NCBI GenBank assembly: GCA_944336335.1
Contig: CALVLC010000029.1
Span: 21,844-85,843, forward strand
Source: an uncultured Bacilli bacterium
GTDB taxonomy: Bacteria > Bacillota_I > Bacilli_A > RFN20 > CAG-826
Direction of reading: 5' to 3'
Length of the DNA: 64,000 nt
The notes beneath the pieces were generated by a model. The model worked only from the letters and a program-made list of their open reading frames with translations, made no database searches and was not told the origin of the DNA. Shown one piece after another: positions 17,724 to 26,265 of this stretch. Numbering within the stretch: position 1 is the first letter of the stretch; each line of letters opens with the position of its first letter. A program made the position numbers and the translations under genes.

Positions 17724-19549
17724 TTATCTAAATTTTGGTATCTTACCTTTAAATTCGCTAAAACGTCTGTATTTTGCAGCGAATTCGTTAAATAAACTAG
17801 AATTTCCCATTTTAAATATTTCATTAATTTCATCAACTAAGCAAAGATTTCTAACCCAAAATGATCGATATTGTCTATAGACAATTCCAAAACAATTATC
17901 AGTGCCTTCTTTTACGTAACTTGTAATCTCAAAGAAAGCTTTATTAAAGTCAAAGCTTTCATAATCAAAGCAAGAATTGAAACTCTCTAGAGTACTTTTA
18001 AAAGATTGTTCATAATCGTCTTCCTTGTATAAATTCAATTTTTTAACAAGGTCATAAATGTCTTTATGATTTTTGATTTCATGAAAAGACATTTCGCTTA
18101 AAAATGGTAAAAGTAGATATCCAAATACTTCTGTTTGTTGATATTCGCTAAGGTTATTAATACTTTCTAAATAATCTTCAAATCTTAATCTGCCTAATAA
18201 AAAATCAATAAAGTTATCTTTTAGTGGCAAGGAAATTTCTTTTATTTTTCCAAAATATTCAGAGAAAGTTTTCTTATCTTTATAAATAATTAAAAACATT
18301 TCTTTTGAAGGTTTAACTTCGAAGCTTTTATATAAATAAAATTCATAATCAAAATCATATTTTTTATAAAGTTCATAAATTCTTCGGTAAATCAAACTAG
18401 CTTCGCTTGAATAACTAATGATATCAGAAAAATAATTTACTGCTTCTTTTAGTTTTTCTTTATCTAAAGTTTCAAAAAAATAAGGAATTATAGAAACTAA
18501 TTTACAATTATCAAACAAGGTTTCTTCTTTTATAATCAAGTTTTTGAAATAAGAGAAATCTTGAACAAATACTGGAACGAATTTATCGAAATATCTTGAG
18601 CAATTTCTCCTTGTTTTCTCATTCAAACAGATATTTTCGACAAGTTCTTTAACATAGGGAAGTTTCAATAAATAAGATAAATCATCACTTGCATAGACAA
18701 AATTACTAACAATTTGTGGCAAATCAGATGGCATCTCATCATTTGAGCAGCAATTAATAAACATATTTAAGTATTCGTCTGCATTAAAGGAATACAATAG
18801 TGAATGAATATTATCTTTAATTATATCTCCATAGTCATATTCATATTTAATCTTTAAAGTAAGCAATTTATAAATAAGAGTTTTAGCTTTTTCATATTTT
18901 TCTATCTTTATATAATTTTTTTGTGTATAAGCAAATTTCTTTTAGCCTATCTTCAATTTCGTATTCATCGACTGTTGATTCACTATCTGTATAATGATTA
19001 TATTCAACGCTTATGTTAACTTTTCCACTACCTATTAAATCTAAGTCTTTTAAATAGCCGTTATAAACATCTTCATTTAAAAGATTTCCACATTTAAAGT
19101 CTTCTTGATAAAAGATTCCATTTTAAAAAGAATATCTGAAGACGTAGGCTGAATGAATTCTTTAATAAATGCTATTAGTTGGTTTTTATCAAGTCTTTCT
19201 AAAGAATCAAAAACATATTTTCGAATGTTATTTTTTTAATTTCAGTAGCGTTAGAAAATGTTAAATCTTCACTTTCTGTAATATTTTCATCACCATTTTC
19301 AATTGCAAAAAGAACTGCTGCTACATGTTTACAAATTCCTCGATCATAAGGACAATCACAATCAGAATTTATAAGTTCGTCGCCATCAATTTCAACTTCA
19401 ACATTATATAAATCTGTTCCATCAACTTCAGCAGTATAAATTCCATCTTCATACTCCAAATTTTGAACACGGTCTGATAAATAATAATCTTTTCCTCTTG
19501 CAATTATCTCTCTTTTAATATGCTTAAACCAATTTTGACTCGTGGTCAT
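17724..19549 (-). pseudogene. SWIM zinc-finger family protein gene, interrupted by three frameshifts
   Basis: N-terminal ORF 19199-19549 carries a SWIM CxC..CxH finger (CDCPYDRGICKH). The 333-bp gap translates sensibly in two other frames, and the 380-aa ORF 17724-18866 continues the protein. All junctions fall in A/T homopolymer runs. Confidence 0.65.
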
Positions 19550-19676
19550 ATTATCCTCATTAATAGATAACTATATTAACGATTTTCATCTTAAAATTTT
19601 AATCTTCACTGTAAATCTTAAATATCAATATAAATATATTGCTCATTTTTACTTATAGAAATTAACACCTTATAAA

Positions 19677-19684
19677 TGTATAAT
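19677..19684 (+). promoter_or_regulatory. Extended -10 (TGTATAAT) promoter for tRNA-Ser
   Basis: TGTATAAT lies 11 nt upstream of the mature tRNA 5' end. Confidence 0.5.
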
Positions 19685-19695
19685 TTATGAGCGAT

Positions 19696-19786
19696 GGAGA
19701 AATACCCAAGTGGCTGAAGGGATCAGTTTCGAAAACTGAAAGTAGGTTTACGCCTAGCGCGAGTTCGAATCTCGCTTTCTCCGCCA
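19696..19786 (+). tRNA. tRNA-Ser (anticodon CGA), class II with long variable arm, CCA encoded
   Basis: Manual fold: acceptor GGAGAAA/TTTCTCC, anticodon stem TCAGT/ACTGA with loop TTCGAAA, long variable arm, T-arm GCGAG-TTCGAAT-CTCGC, then G-CCA. Confidence 0.95.
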
Positions 19787-19801
19787 AAAAAACTGACTAT
19801 G

Positions 19802-19839
19802 AAAAAAGAGACGCTAGTTTTCACGGCGTCTCTTTTTTT
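19802..19839. terminator. Bidirectional Rho-independent terminator between tRNA-Ser and the nfnB-like gene
   Basis: AAAAAAGAGACGC-loop-GCGTCTCTTTTTTT, with an A-tract and a T-tract flanking the stem. Confidence 0.8.
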
Positions 19840-19859
19840 ACATTTGATTTTTAAGAATT

Positions 19860-21275
19860 TTATTTTTTGCCCATGATTTCTTCGTCGATTGCTTTAGCAG
19901 CATGTTTACCAGCACCCATAGCAAGAATAACAGTTGCAGCACCAGTAACAGCGTCCCCACCAGCATAGACGTGATCTCTTGAAGTTAAACCAGATTCACC
20001 TTTTGTAATAATACATCCGTGTGGATTTGTTTCAAGACCTTCAGTTGTATGTTTAATTAATGGGTTTGGAGTTGTTCCGATTGCATCGATAACACAATCA
20101 ACTTCGATTTCTCTAAATTCACCAGTTCCAACAGGTCTTCTTCTTCCGCTAGCATCTGGTTCACCTAAAGTCATCTTTTCAACTTTCATCTTAGAAACTA
20201 AACCGGTTTCTTTGTCTCCGATAAGTTCAACAGGATTGTTTAAGAGTTGGAAATCAACACCTTCTTCCATTGCGTGTTCAACTTCTTCTTTTCTTGCAGG
20301 AAGTTCTTCAAGACTTCTACGGTAAACAATATAAACATGTTCAGCTCCAAGTCTTAATGCACATCTTGCAGCATCCATTGCAACGTTTCCACCACCAACG
20401 ACAGCGACGTTTTTAGCATGCTCAATTGGAGTATCGCTATCTTCTCGATAAGCTTTCATTAAGTTTGTTCTAGTTAAATATTCATTTGCAGAATAGACGC
20501 CTTTGAGATTTTCGCCTGGAATTCCTAAGAATCTTGGTAAACCAGCGCCACTTCCGATAAATACAGCTTCGAAATGGTATTCTTTTAAGAGTTCATCAAT
20601 AGTAATAACTCTACCGATGACCATATTTGTTTCAACTTTAACACCTAAAGCTTTAAGTCCATCAACTTCTTTTTGAACGATTGATTTTGGTAATCTGAAT
20701 TCTGGAATACCATAGACTAAAACACCGCCTGCTAGGTGTAAAGCTTCAAAAACTGTGACTTCGTAACCTTTTTTAGCTAAATCACCAGCACATGTTAAGC
20801 CTGATGGACCTGAACCAATAACAGCAACTTTGTGTCCGTTTGAAACAGGTTTTTTAACTTCGCCCTTGAAGTTTGCGTTGTGCCAGTCAGCAACGAATCT
20901 TTCAAGACGACCGATAGCAACAGGTTCTTTATTTGGGCCTAAGCCTCTTGTACATTTCATTTCACATTGTGTTTCTTGTGGACAAACTCTACCACAAACT
21001 GCAGGTAAAGAGCTTGATTCAGAAATAATTTCGTATGCTTTTTCAAAATTTCCTAAAGCAACTTCGTGAATGAAATCAGGGATATTAATATTAACAGGAC
21101 AATGTGCAACACATGGTTTTGTTGGGCATCCTAAGCATCTTTTTGCTTCATCGATTGCCATTTCGGCCGTGTATCCTTCAGCAACTTCTTTAAAATTATG
21201 AGCTCTTACTTTAGGATCTTGAGATGGCATTGGATTTTTCTTAGGAGCCATGTTTGGCTTATATTCTTTATACAT
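19860..21275 (-). CDS. nfnB: GltD-like NADPH-dependent oxidoreductase, large subunit of an NfnAB-type ferredoxin:NADP oxidoreductase (often annotated glutamate synthase small chain)
   Basis: N-terminal 2x[4Fe-4S] Cys clusters (CLGCPTKPCVAHCP, CGRVCP..C..C) and two Rossmann GxGxxG sites (GSGPSG, GGGNVA). Paired with a PyrK-like subunit. Confidence 0.75.
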   Translation of the reverse strand: MYKEYKPNMAPKKNPMPSQDPKVRAHNFKEVAEGYTAEMAIDEAKRCLGCPTKPCVAHCPVNINIPDFIHEVALGNFEKAYEIISESSSLPAVCGRVCPQETQCEMKCTRGLGPNKEPVAIGRLERFVADWHNANFKGEVKKPVSNGHKVAVIGSGPSGLTCAGDLAKKGYEVTVFEALHLAGGVLVYGIPEFRLPKSIVQKEVDGLKALGVKVETNMVIGRVITIDELLKEYHFEAVFIGSGAGLPRFLGIPGENLKGVYSANEYLTRTNLMKAYREDSDTPIEHAKNVAVVGGGNVAMDAARCALRLGAEHVYIVYRRSLEELPARKEEVEHAMEEGVDFQLLNNPVELIGDKETGLVSKMKVEKMTLGEPDASGRRRPVGTGEFREIEVDCVIDAIGTTPNPLIKHTTEGLETNPHGCIITKGESGLTSRDHVYAGGDAVTGAATVILAMGAGKHAAKAIDEEIMGKK

Positions 21276-21277
21276 AA

Positions 21278-22123
21278 TTATTTAGCCTCCTTTTTGAAAA
21301 GATTACACTTTGCTTCTTCGTAAGCTTTCTTTTCAAATGCTTTATACATTGTTCCCCTTTGCATAGCTTCATCAAAATCGACTTTATATGCATCGAAATC
21401 AGGGCCATCAACACAAGCAAATTTTGTTTCGCCACCAACTGTAAGTCTGCAGCAGCCACACATGCCAGTACCATCAATCATGATTGGGTTCATAGAACAA
21501 ACACATTCTGGAACTCCGTATTTCTTACAGCATTCTGTAACAAATTTCATCATGATAACAGGTCCAATACAAATAACCTTGTCAAATTTTGTTCCTTCAG
21601 AAAGTAATTTTTCAAGTGGTACAACAACGTTACCTTTGTTTCCGTTACTTCCGTCATCTGTCATTTCAATATATTTAGTTGAAGCAGCTGAAAATTCATC
21701 ATGTAAAATGATTAAATCTTTATTTCTAAAACCAGCAATTGCAGTAACATCTTTTCCTTCATCATGGAAAGCTTTAGCAATTGGATAGGCAATAGCTGTT
21801 CCAAGTCCACCACCAACAACACAAACCTTTTCACCGGTTAATTCAGTTGGTCTTCCAAGCGGTCCAACGAAATCATGTAAGCAATCTCCGACTTCTAATT
21901 GATTTAACTTAAAAGTTGAAGCGCCGACGATTTGGAAAATGATAGTAACTGTTCCTTTTTCTCTATCATATCCACCAACAGTTAAAGGTATTCTTTCTCC
22001 ATTTTCATCGACTCTTAAAATAATAAATTGTCCAGGTTGTGCTTTTTTTGCAACAGCTGGAGCTTCGATTTCAAGTAAGGTTTCAGTAGGATTGAATACA
22101 TGCTTCCTAACAATCTTATACAT
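21278..22123 (-). CDS. nfnA: PyrK/sulfide dehydrogenase-like FAD/NAD-binding subunit with C-terminal [2Fe-2S] (NfnA-type)
   Basis: RIPLTV FAD-binding motif, GGGLGTA NAD site, C-terminal CGCCR..C cluster. 2-nt gap to the partner gene. Confidence 0.75.
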   Translation of the reverse strand: MYKIVRKHVFNPTETLLEIEAPAVAKKAQPGQFIILRVDENGERIPLTVGGYDREKGTVTIIFQIVGASTFKLNQLEVGDCLHDFVGPLGRPTELTGEKVCVVGGGLGTAIAYPIAKAFHDEGKDVTAIAGFRNKDLIILHDEFSAASTKYIEMTDDGSNGNKGNVVVPLEKLLSEGTKFDKVICIGPVIMMKFVTECCKKYGVPECVCSMNPIMIDGTGMCGCCRLTVGGETKFACVDGPDFDAYKVDFDEAMQRGTMYKAFEKKAYEEAKCNLFKKEAK

Positions 22124-22190
22124 ATTCCTTAATCTCCTTTTTACTTATAAAAGTATAGTATTTAAAACACCAAAAATAAATATTTTATAA

Positions 22191-22215
22191 GGTAAAAACA
22201 CTAAAATGTTTTACC
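22191..22215 (-). terminator. Hairpin overlapping the stop of the 83-aa ORF (weak terminator candidate)
   Basis: GGTAAAACA-ttttag-TGTTTTTACC on the minus strand, followed by a T/A-rich tail. Confidence 0.3.
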
Positions 22216-22462
22216 CTTTTAACCCTCTTGCTTGTCTATCCATATCTTCAACGACAATGTCATAGATCTCACCAAGACTTGCACAATATTCAAGAACTTT
22301 CCATGGCTCATTTGTGTGGTAATGAATTTTAATTAAAGTGTCATCGCCAACAGCTAATAAACAATCACCTTTAAAATGAGTGTTAAAATATTCATTAATT
22401 GCGTCTTCACTTAAGTTTTTACCTTCAATTAATAGTTGTGTGTCATATCTAAATTCAATCAT
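22211..22462 (-). CDS. Stand-alone 83-aa protein resembling the central domain of fatty-acid kinase FakA/YloV
   Basis: GDCLLAVGDDTLIKIHYHTNEPWKVLEYCASLGEIYDIVVEDMDRQ parallels the FakA block GDSLLV..VKVHVHTE.PG.V....YGEL..L.VENMREQ (from memory). Strong SD: GGAGG 8 nt upstream of the ATG. Confidence 0.5.
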   Translation of the reverse strand: MIEFRYDTQLLIEGKNLSEDAINEYFNTHFKGDCLLAVGDDTLIKIHYHTNEPWKVLEYCASLGEIYDIVVEDMDRQARGLKG

Positions 22463-22516
22463 TTTTAATCCTCCAATCTCATGAATTTATTTAAAAACCC
22501 AGCAAAAATAAGGTTT

Positions 22517-22720
22517 TTATTCAACTTTTCTGTTTTCATATAGTGAACAATTAAGTAAACTCACACTATCCATTTCTAAATCTTCAAAATTAGAATTTAG
22601 ATACATTACCATTGCAGTTTCACTGCTTCTAGTAATATTTAACACTCTAGCGAGTTTTTCTTCTCCATTATCATTTTTTACAAGAATAATATTACCTACT
22701 TTAATTGCTCTTTTTGCCAT
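22517..22720 (-). CDS. Small hypothetical protein (67 aa), possibly leaderless
   Basis: The ORF has no SD. An extended -10 TGTAAAAT ends 6 nt before the ATG. Confidence 0.35.
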   Translation of the reverse strand: MAKRAIKVGNIILVKNDNGEEKLARVLNITRSSETAMVMYLNSNFEDLEMDSVSLLNCSLYENRKVE

Positions 22721-22770
22721 ACATTAATTTTACAATAAATTCAGTTAAAGAAATAACAACTTTAAGCATA

Positions 22771-22795
22771 TAAAAAGTGCCAGTTTCCTGGCACT
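22771..22795 (-). terminator. Rho-independent terminator after the alcohol dehydrogenase gene
   Basis: On the minus strand: AGTGCCAG-gaaa-CTGGCACT followed by TTTTTAT. Confidence 0.75.
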
Positions 22796-22818
22796 TAATT
22801 TACTAGCAATAAATTATA

Positions 22819-24003
22819 TTAGAATTTGTATGGTTTATTGTAGTAACAGCAAACGAAGAGGTCTGCCATCTTAGCATCATCAATTGGATTTGGGTTACTT
22901 CCTGTACATGCATCACCAACTGCGTTGTGAGCGATTGTAGGAAGTTTTTCTTTAAATTCGTCTTCTTTAACACCAAACTCTTGCATTGAATGTGGGATAT
23001 TTAATAAAGTATTTAATTCGTGAATTCTGTTGATTAAACCTTGTGTTTGTTCTCTTGCAGTTTCACCTTCAATACCTAAAGCTGTAGCGATTTGAGCATA
23101 TCTATCTCTTGCTCTTTCGTTATTTGCATTGTATTCAATAACGTGTGGGAGATACATCGCGTTAGCACATCCATGTGGAATATGTCCTGTTGAGAAAGCA
23201 GCACCTGTCTTGTGAGCCATACTGTGGACGATACCAAGTAAAGCGTTGGAGAATGCCATACCTGCTAAACATTGTGCATAGTGCATTTCTTCTCTGCCTT
23301 TTCCATTTGGATTGTTGTAGGAATCAACTAATGATGTGTTGATCATTTTGATAGCTTTGAGAGCTAATGGATCTGTAAATGGTGTAGCAAGTGTTGAGAC
23401 ATAAGCTTCGATAGCGTGTGTCATAGCGTCCATACCTGTGAAAGCGACTTGTTTTTGTGGTAAGCCTCTAACGATATCTGGATCAACGATTGCGACATCT
23501 GGTGTAATTTCGAAGTCTGCTAAAGGATATTTAATACCTTTTGCATAATCTGTAATAACTGAGAAAGCTGTAACTTCAGTTGCAGTTCCACTAGTTGATG
23601 GAATAGCACAGAATCTTGCTTTTTCTCTTAAGTGTGGGAAAGAGAATGGTGTGCAAAGTGTTTCGAAAGTTGTATCTGGGTGTTCATAGAATGCCCACAT
23701 AGCTTTTGCAGCATCGATTGGGGAACCTCCACCAATAGCAACGATCCAATCTGGTTGGAATTTTCTCATTGCTTCTGCACCTTTCATAACTGTTTCGATT
23801 GATGGATCTGGTTCAACACCTTCAAATGTTTCAACTTCAAATCCTGCTTCTTTTAAATAATTAACTGTTTTGTCTAAGAAGCCGCTAGCTTTCATTGAAT
23901 GACCGCCAGTAACAACGATAGCTTTTTTACCTTTTAAAGATTTTAATTCTGCTAAGGATCCACATCCATAGTAGACATCTCTTGGTAATGTAAATCTTGC
24001 CAT
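22819..24003 (-). CDS. Iron-containing (group III) alcohol dehydrogenase
   Basis: Fe-ADH blocks: GGGSPIDAAK, a His-rich metal site (HAIEAY, HSMAHKTG, HGCANA). Confidence 0.9.
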   Translation of the reverse strand: MARFTLPRDVYYGCGSLAELKSLKGKKAIVVTGGHSMKASGFLDKTVNYLKEAGFEVETFEGVEPDPSIETVMKGAEAMRKFQPDWIVAIGGGSPIDAAKAMWAFYEHPDTTFETLCTPFSFPHLREKARFCAIPSTSGTATEVTAFSVITDYAKGIKYPLADFEITPDVAIVDPDIVRGLPQKQVAFTGMDAMTHAIEAYVSTLATPFTDPLALKAIKMINTSLVDSYNNPNGKGREEMHYAQCLAGMAFSNALLGIVHSMAHKTGAAFSTGHIPHGCANAMYLPHVIEYNANNERARDRYAQIATALGIEGETAREQTQGLINRIHELNTLLNIPHSMQEFGVKEDEFKEKLPTIAHNAVGDACTGSNPNPIDDAKMADLFVCCYYNKPYKF

Positions 24004-24142
24004 AATATCCTCCTATATAATACCTATCGGCTCTATTATTTTACCAAAGTTGCTTTTCTTTGTTAATAAATTACAAGTAAATTAAAAGTGGTATTTTTTA
24101 CCAAATACTACTTAAGCTTATATTTTATTTATAAAATATAAT

Positions 24143-25051
24143 TTATAGACCTAAAGGTCTTACATCGTAATTAAATAAAACAGTATTAATTTTAAATAAG
24201 TTGAATTCTTTCTTTTCTAAGAAGTAAGCAGTAACTAGTCCTGTCATATCATCTTTAACAGATTCTACACCTATAGAATTAAGTATTTTAACAAATTCAT
24301 CTTTAGTAGCTTCTAATCCAACAGCTAAAGCAAAACAAATATTTTTAGAAGGAAGCTCTTTTTGTTCAGAAAGAATTTTATTTAAGTCATCTGGTGTAAA
24401 GTTGCTTCTAAAAGCAAGATCTTCATCGCTTATATTTTTATTGTTTTGGATGCTTCTAATGGTTTCAATAAACTCTTTGTTCGATTTTTTACTATTTTTG
24501 ATATTTTTGTTAGCGTTTGTGTCAAAATTTTTAAGAATAAATTTTGATAATTTAGATTGCTCATCTTCGCTGACGTTTTCTGGAAAATTCTTAAATAGAA
24601 TCATATATATTTTAAAGTCTTTATGTTCAGCTAAGAAATTTTTGAATTCATCTTGAGCAATTTCATAACATTCTTTTAAAGGATAATTAAATTCACCGCT
24701 TAAAAGAGGAAAAGCAAGCGTTTTAAAGTTATTTTCAAGAGCAATTTGGAAAACAGATCGATAAGTTTTTCTTAAATTTTTTTCTTCACCATGCTTACCA
24801 TTAATATAAATCGGACCAACAGCATGAATAATAGCCTTAGCATTTGTTAAATTAAAACTTGGCGTTATAACAGCGCCACCAACATCACAATGGCCAATTT
24901 GTTTGCAGGCATTAGTTAATTCTTTATCTCCGGCTTTATGAAAGATAGCTCTTCCAACACCTTCGACCATCTTTAAATTTACATTGCTTGCGTTTACTAT
25001 TGCGTCACACTGAGCAGCAACTAAATCTCCTCTTTGAAAATAAAACGGCAT
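24143..25051 (-). CDS. Macro-domain (ADP-ribose binding/hydrolase) protein with a C-terminal HTH-like extension
   Basis: Start set at M49 of the track ORF (AAGGAG 8 nt upstream). Macro motifs QCDAIVNASN, GVGRAIFHKAG, AFPLLSGEF. Confidence 0.8.
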   Translation of the reverse strand: MPFYFQRGDLVAAQCDAIVNASNVNLKMVEGVGRAIFHKAGDKELTNACKQIGHCDVGGAVITPSFNLTNAKAIIHAVGPIYINGKHGEEKNLRKTYRSVFQIALENNFKTLAFPLLSGEFNYPLKECYEIAQDEFKNFLAEHKDFKIYMILFKNFPENVSEDEQSKLSKFILKNFDTNANKNIKNSKKSNKEFIETIRSIQNNKNISDEDLAFRSNFTPDDLNKILSEQKELPSKNICFALAVGLEATKDEFVKILNSIGVESVKDDMTGLVTAYFLEKKEFNLFKINTVLFNYDVRPLGL

Positions 25052-25212
25052 ACCTCTAACTCCTTTTTTGCTCGCAAAAATTATAGCATTGTAAATTAAC
25101 ATTAAACATATTTTTATTATTATCTTATAAATATGTAATCTAGTTTTATTTACTAGATTTATCTTTATTTTTTGTTGTGATAAACTCATTGTCATGGAGG
25201 GAAGAGAATAAT

Positions 25213-26076
25213 ATGAAAATTGCTATAGTAACTGACGATAATGCTGGCTTTACTCAAGAAGAAGTCAAGCAAATGAATATATTTATTGTAAAAATGCCTG
25301 TTATTGTAAACGGAGAAACTAGATTTCAAAACGTTGATTTGACAGAAGATGAATTTTATCGATTATTAGAAAGTGACGTTGAAATTCACACTTCTCAACC
25401 AGCTCCTGGTCAACTTATAGAACTTTGGGATGAGTTGTTAAAAACTTATGATCAAGTTGTACAAATTCCTATGAGCAGCGGTTTAAGTGAAGAATGTAAC
25501 AACGCAAAAAGTTTAGCTCAATCATATCCTGGTAAAGTTTTCGTTGTTGATAATCATCGTATTAGTGTTACCTTAAAACAAGCTATTCGCGATGCTATTA
25601 AATTAGTTAACGAGGGAAAAACAGGACCTGAAATTGTTGAAACTCTCGAAAAAGAGGCCCATGAATCTTCTATTTATATCATGGTCGATACTTTAAAATA
25701 CCTTAAAAAAGGCGGAAGAGTCACTCCAGCTGGTGCCGCTTTAGGTTCAGCTTTGCACATTAAACCAGTCTTGAGCATTATGGGTGAAAAACTTGATGCC
25801 TATAAAAAAGCTTTAGGTACTAAAAAAGCTAAGCAAATTTTAATTGACGCAACAGCAAATGATTTAAAAACAAAATTTAAAGATTTACCAAAAGATAGAA
25901 TCGCTTTTGCGGTTGCTTATACCCACAATTTAAAAGATGCTCTTGAATTCAAAGAAGAAGTTAGCAAAGCGTTCGATATTCCATCAGACAACATTGAAAT
26001 CAACCCACTTTCTTTATCAGTTGGAACACATGTTGGCCCTGGAATTTTGGCTTTAGCTATCAGCAAAATTCTTTAA
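25213..26076 (+). CDS. DegV-family fatty-acid-binding protein (FakB-type)
   Basis: MKIAIVTDDNAG start preceded by GGAGGG. DegV blocks TSQPAPG and YLKKGGR. Confidence 0.9.
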   Translation: MKIAIVTDDNAGFTQEEVKQMNIFIVKMPVIVNGETRFQNVDLTEDEFYRLLESDVEIHTSQPAPGQLIELWDELLKTYDQVVQIPMSSGLSEECNNAKSLAQSYPGKVFVVDNHRISVTLKQAIRDAIKLVNEGKTGPEIVETLEKEAHESSIYIMVDTLKYLKKGGRVTPAGAALGSALHIKPVLSIMGEKLDAYKKALGTKKAKQILIDATANDLKTKFKDLPKDRIAFAVAYTHNLKDALEFKEEVSKAFDIPSDNIEINPLSLSVGTHVGPGILALAISKIL

Positions 26077-26118
26077 TTTAACATCAAATATTAGGCAATT
26101 TACAAATTAAAAAAATAT

Positions 26119-26152
26119 GAGACTCTTCAAATTAGTGGAGTCTCTTTTATTT
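26119..26152 (+). terminator. Rho-independent terminator after degV
   Basis: GAGACTC-loop-GAGTCTC followed by TTTTATTT. Confidence 0.7.
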
Positions 26153-26166
26153 AGAATTAATAGCGT

Positions 26167-26219
26167 TTTTGCAGGCTTTTTAATTAATTAGTTGGTTTTT
26201 AGTAGACTTTTAGTATAAA
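26167..26219 (+). repeat. Intergenic element copy A (TTTGCAGG-T5 box plus 3 x 11-bp-phased TTAGTA)
   Basis: TTTTGCAGGCTTTTTAATTAATTAGTTGGTTTTTAGTAGACTTTTAGTATAAA. Hexamers at 26188, 26199 and 26210. Confidence 0.8.
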
Positions 26220-26265
26220 TTGTCACTACTCATTTTAAACTATTTTTCTACTAGAAAACTCCAAA

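Noticed and set aside
21268-21477. A 69-aa minus-strand ORF overlapping the nfnA 3' end, and the 14244-14432 ORF overlapping the proS 3' end.
   Set aside because: They are alternative frames of strongly supported genes, with no independent signals.
19860-24003. Visibly higher G+C in nfnAB, adh (and eno, secA) as a sign of horizontal transfer.
   Set aside because: These are conserved, probably highly expressed core genes. Elevated GC from amino-acid and codon constraints is expected. There are no flanking mobility genes, direct repeats or tRNA-adjacent junctions.
24143-25051. The macro-domain protein as the DarG antitoxin of a DarTG toxin-antitoxin or defence module.
   Set aside because: No DarT-like (DUF4433) or other toxin ORF is adjacent. 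The neighbours are an alcohol dehydrogenase gene and degV, and the C-terminal part looks HTH-like.
25052-25212. N-terminal extensions of the macro-domain ORF (to 25195) and of the degV ORF (from 25177), which would make the two divergent genes overlap.
   Set aside because: The extensions are hydrophobic or low-complexity and have no SD. Internal ATGs at 25051 (AAGGAG) and 25213 (GGAGGG) coincide with the domain starts.
26167-26219. The intergenic element interpreted as a Rho-independent terminator or as a sigma-54 (GG-N10-GC) promoter because of TTGCA.
   Set aside because: There is no inverted repeat capable of forming a stem and no TGGCAC at -24. Only copy D has a plausible -10 at the correct distance from TTGCAT.
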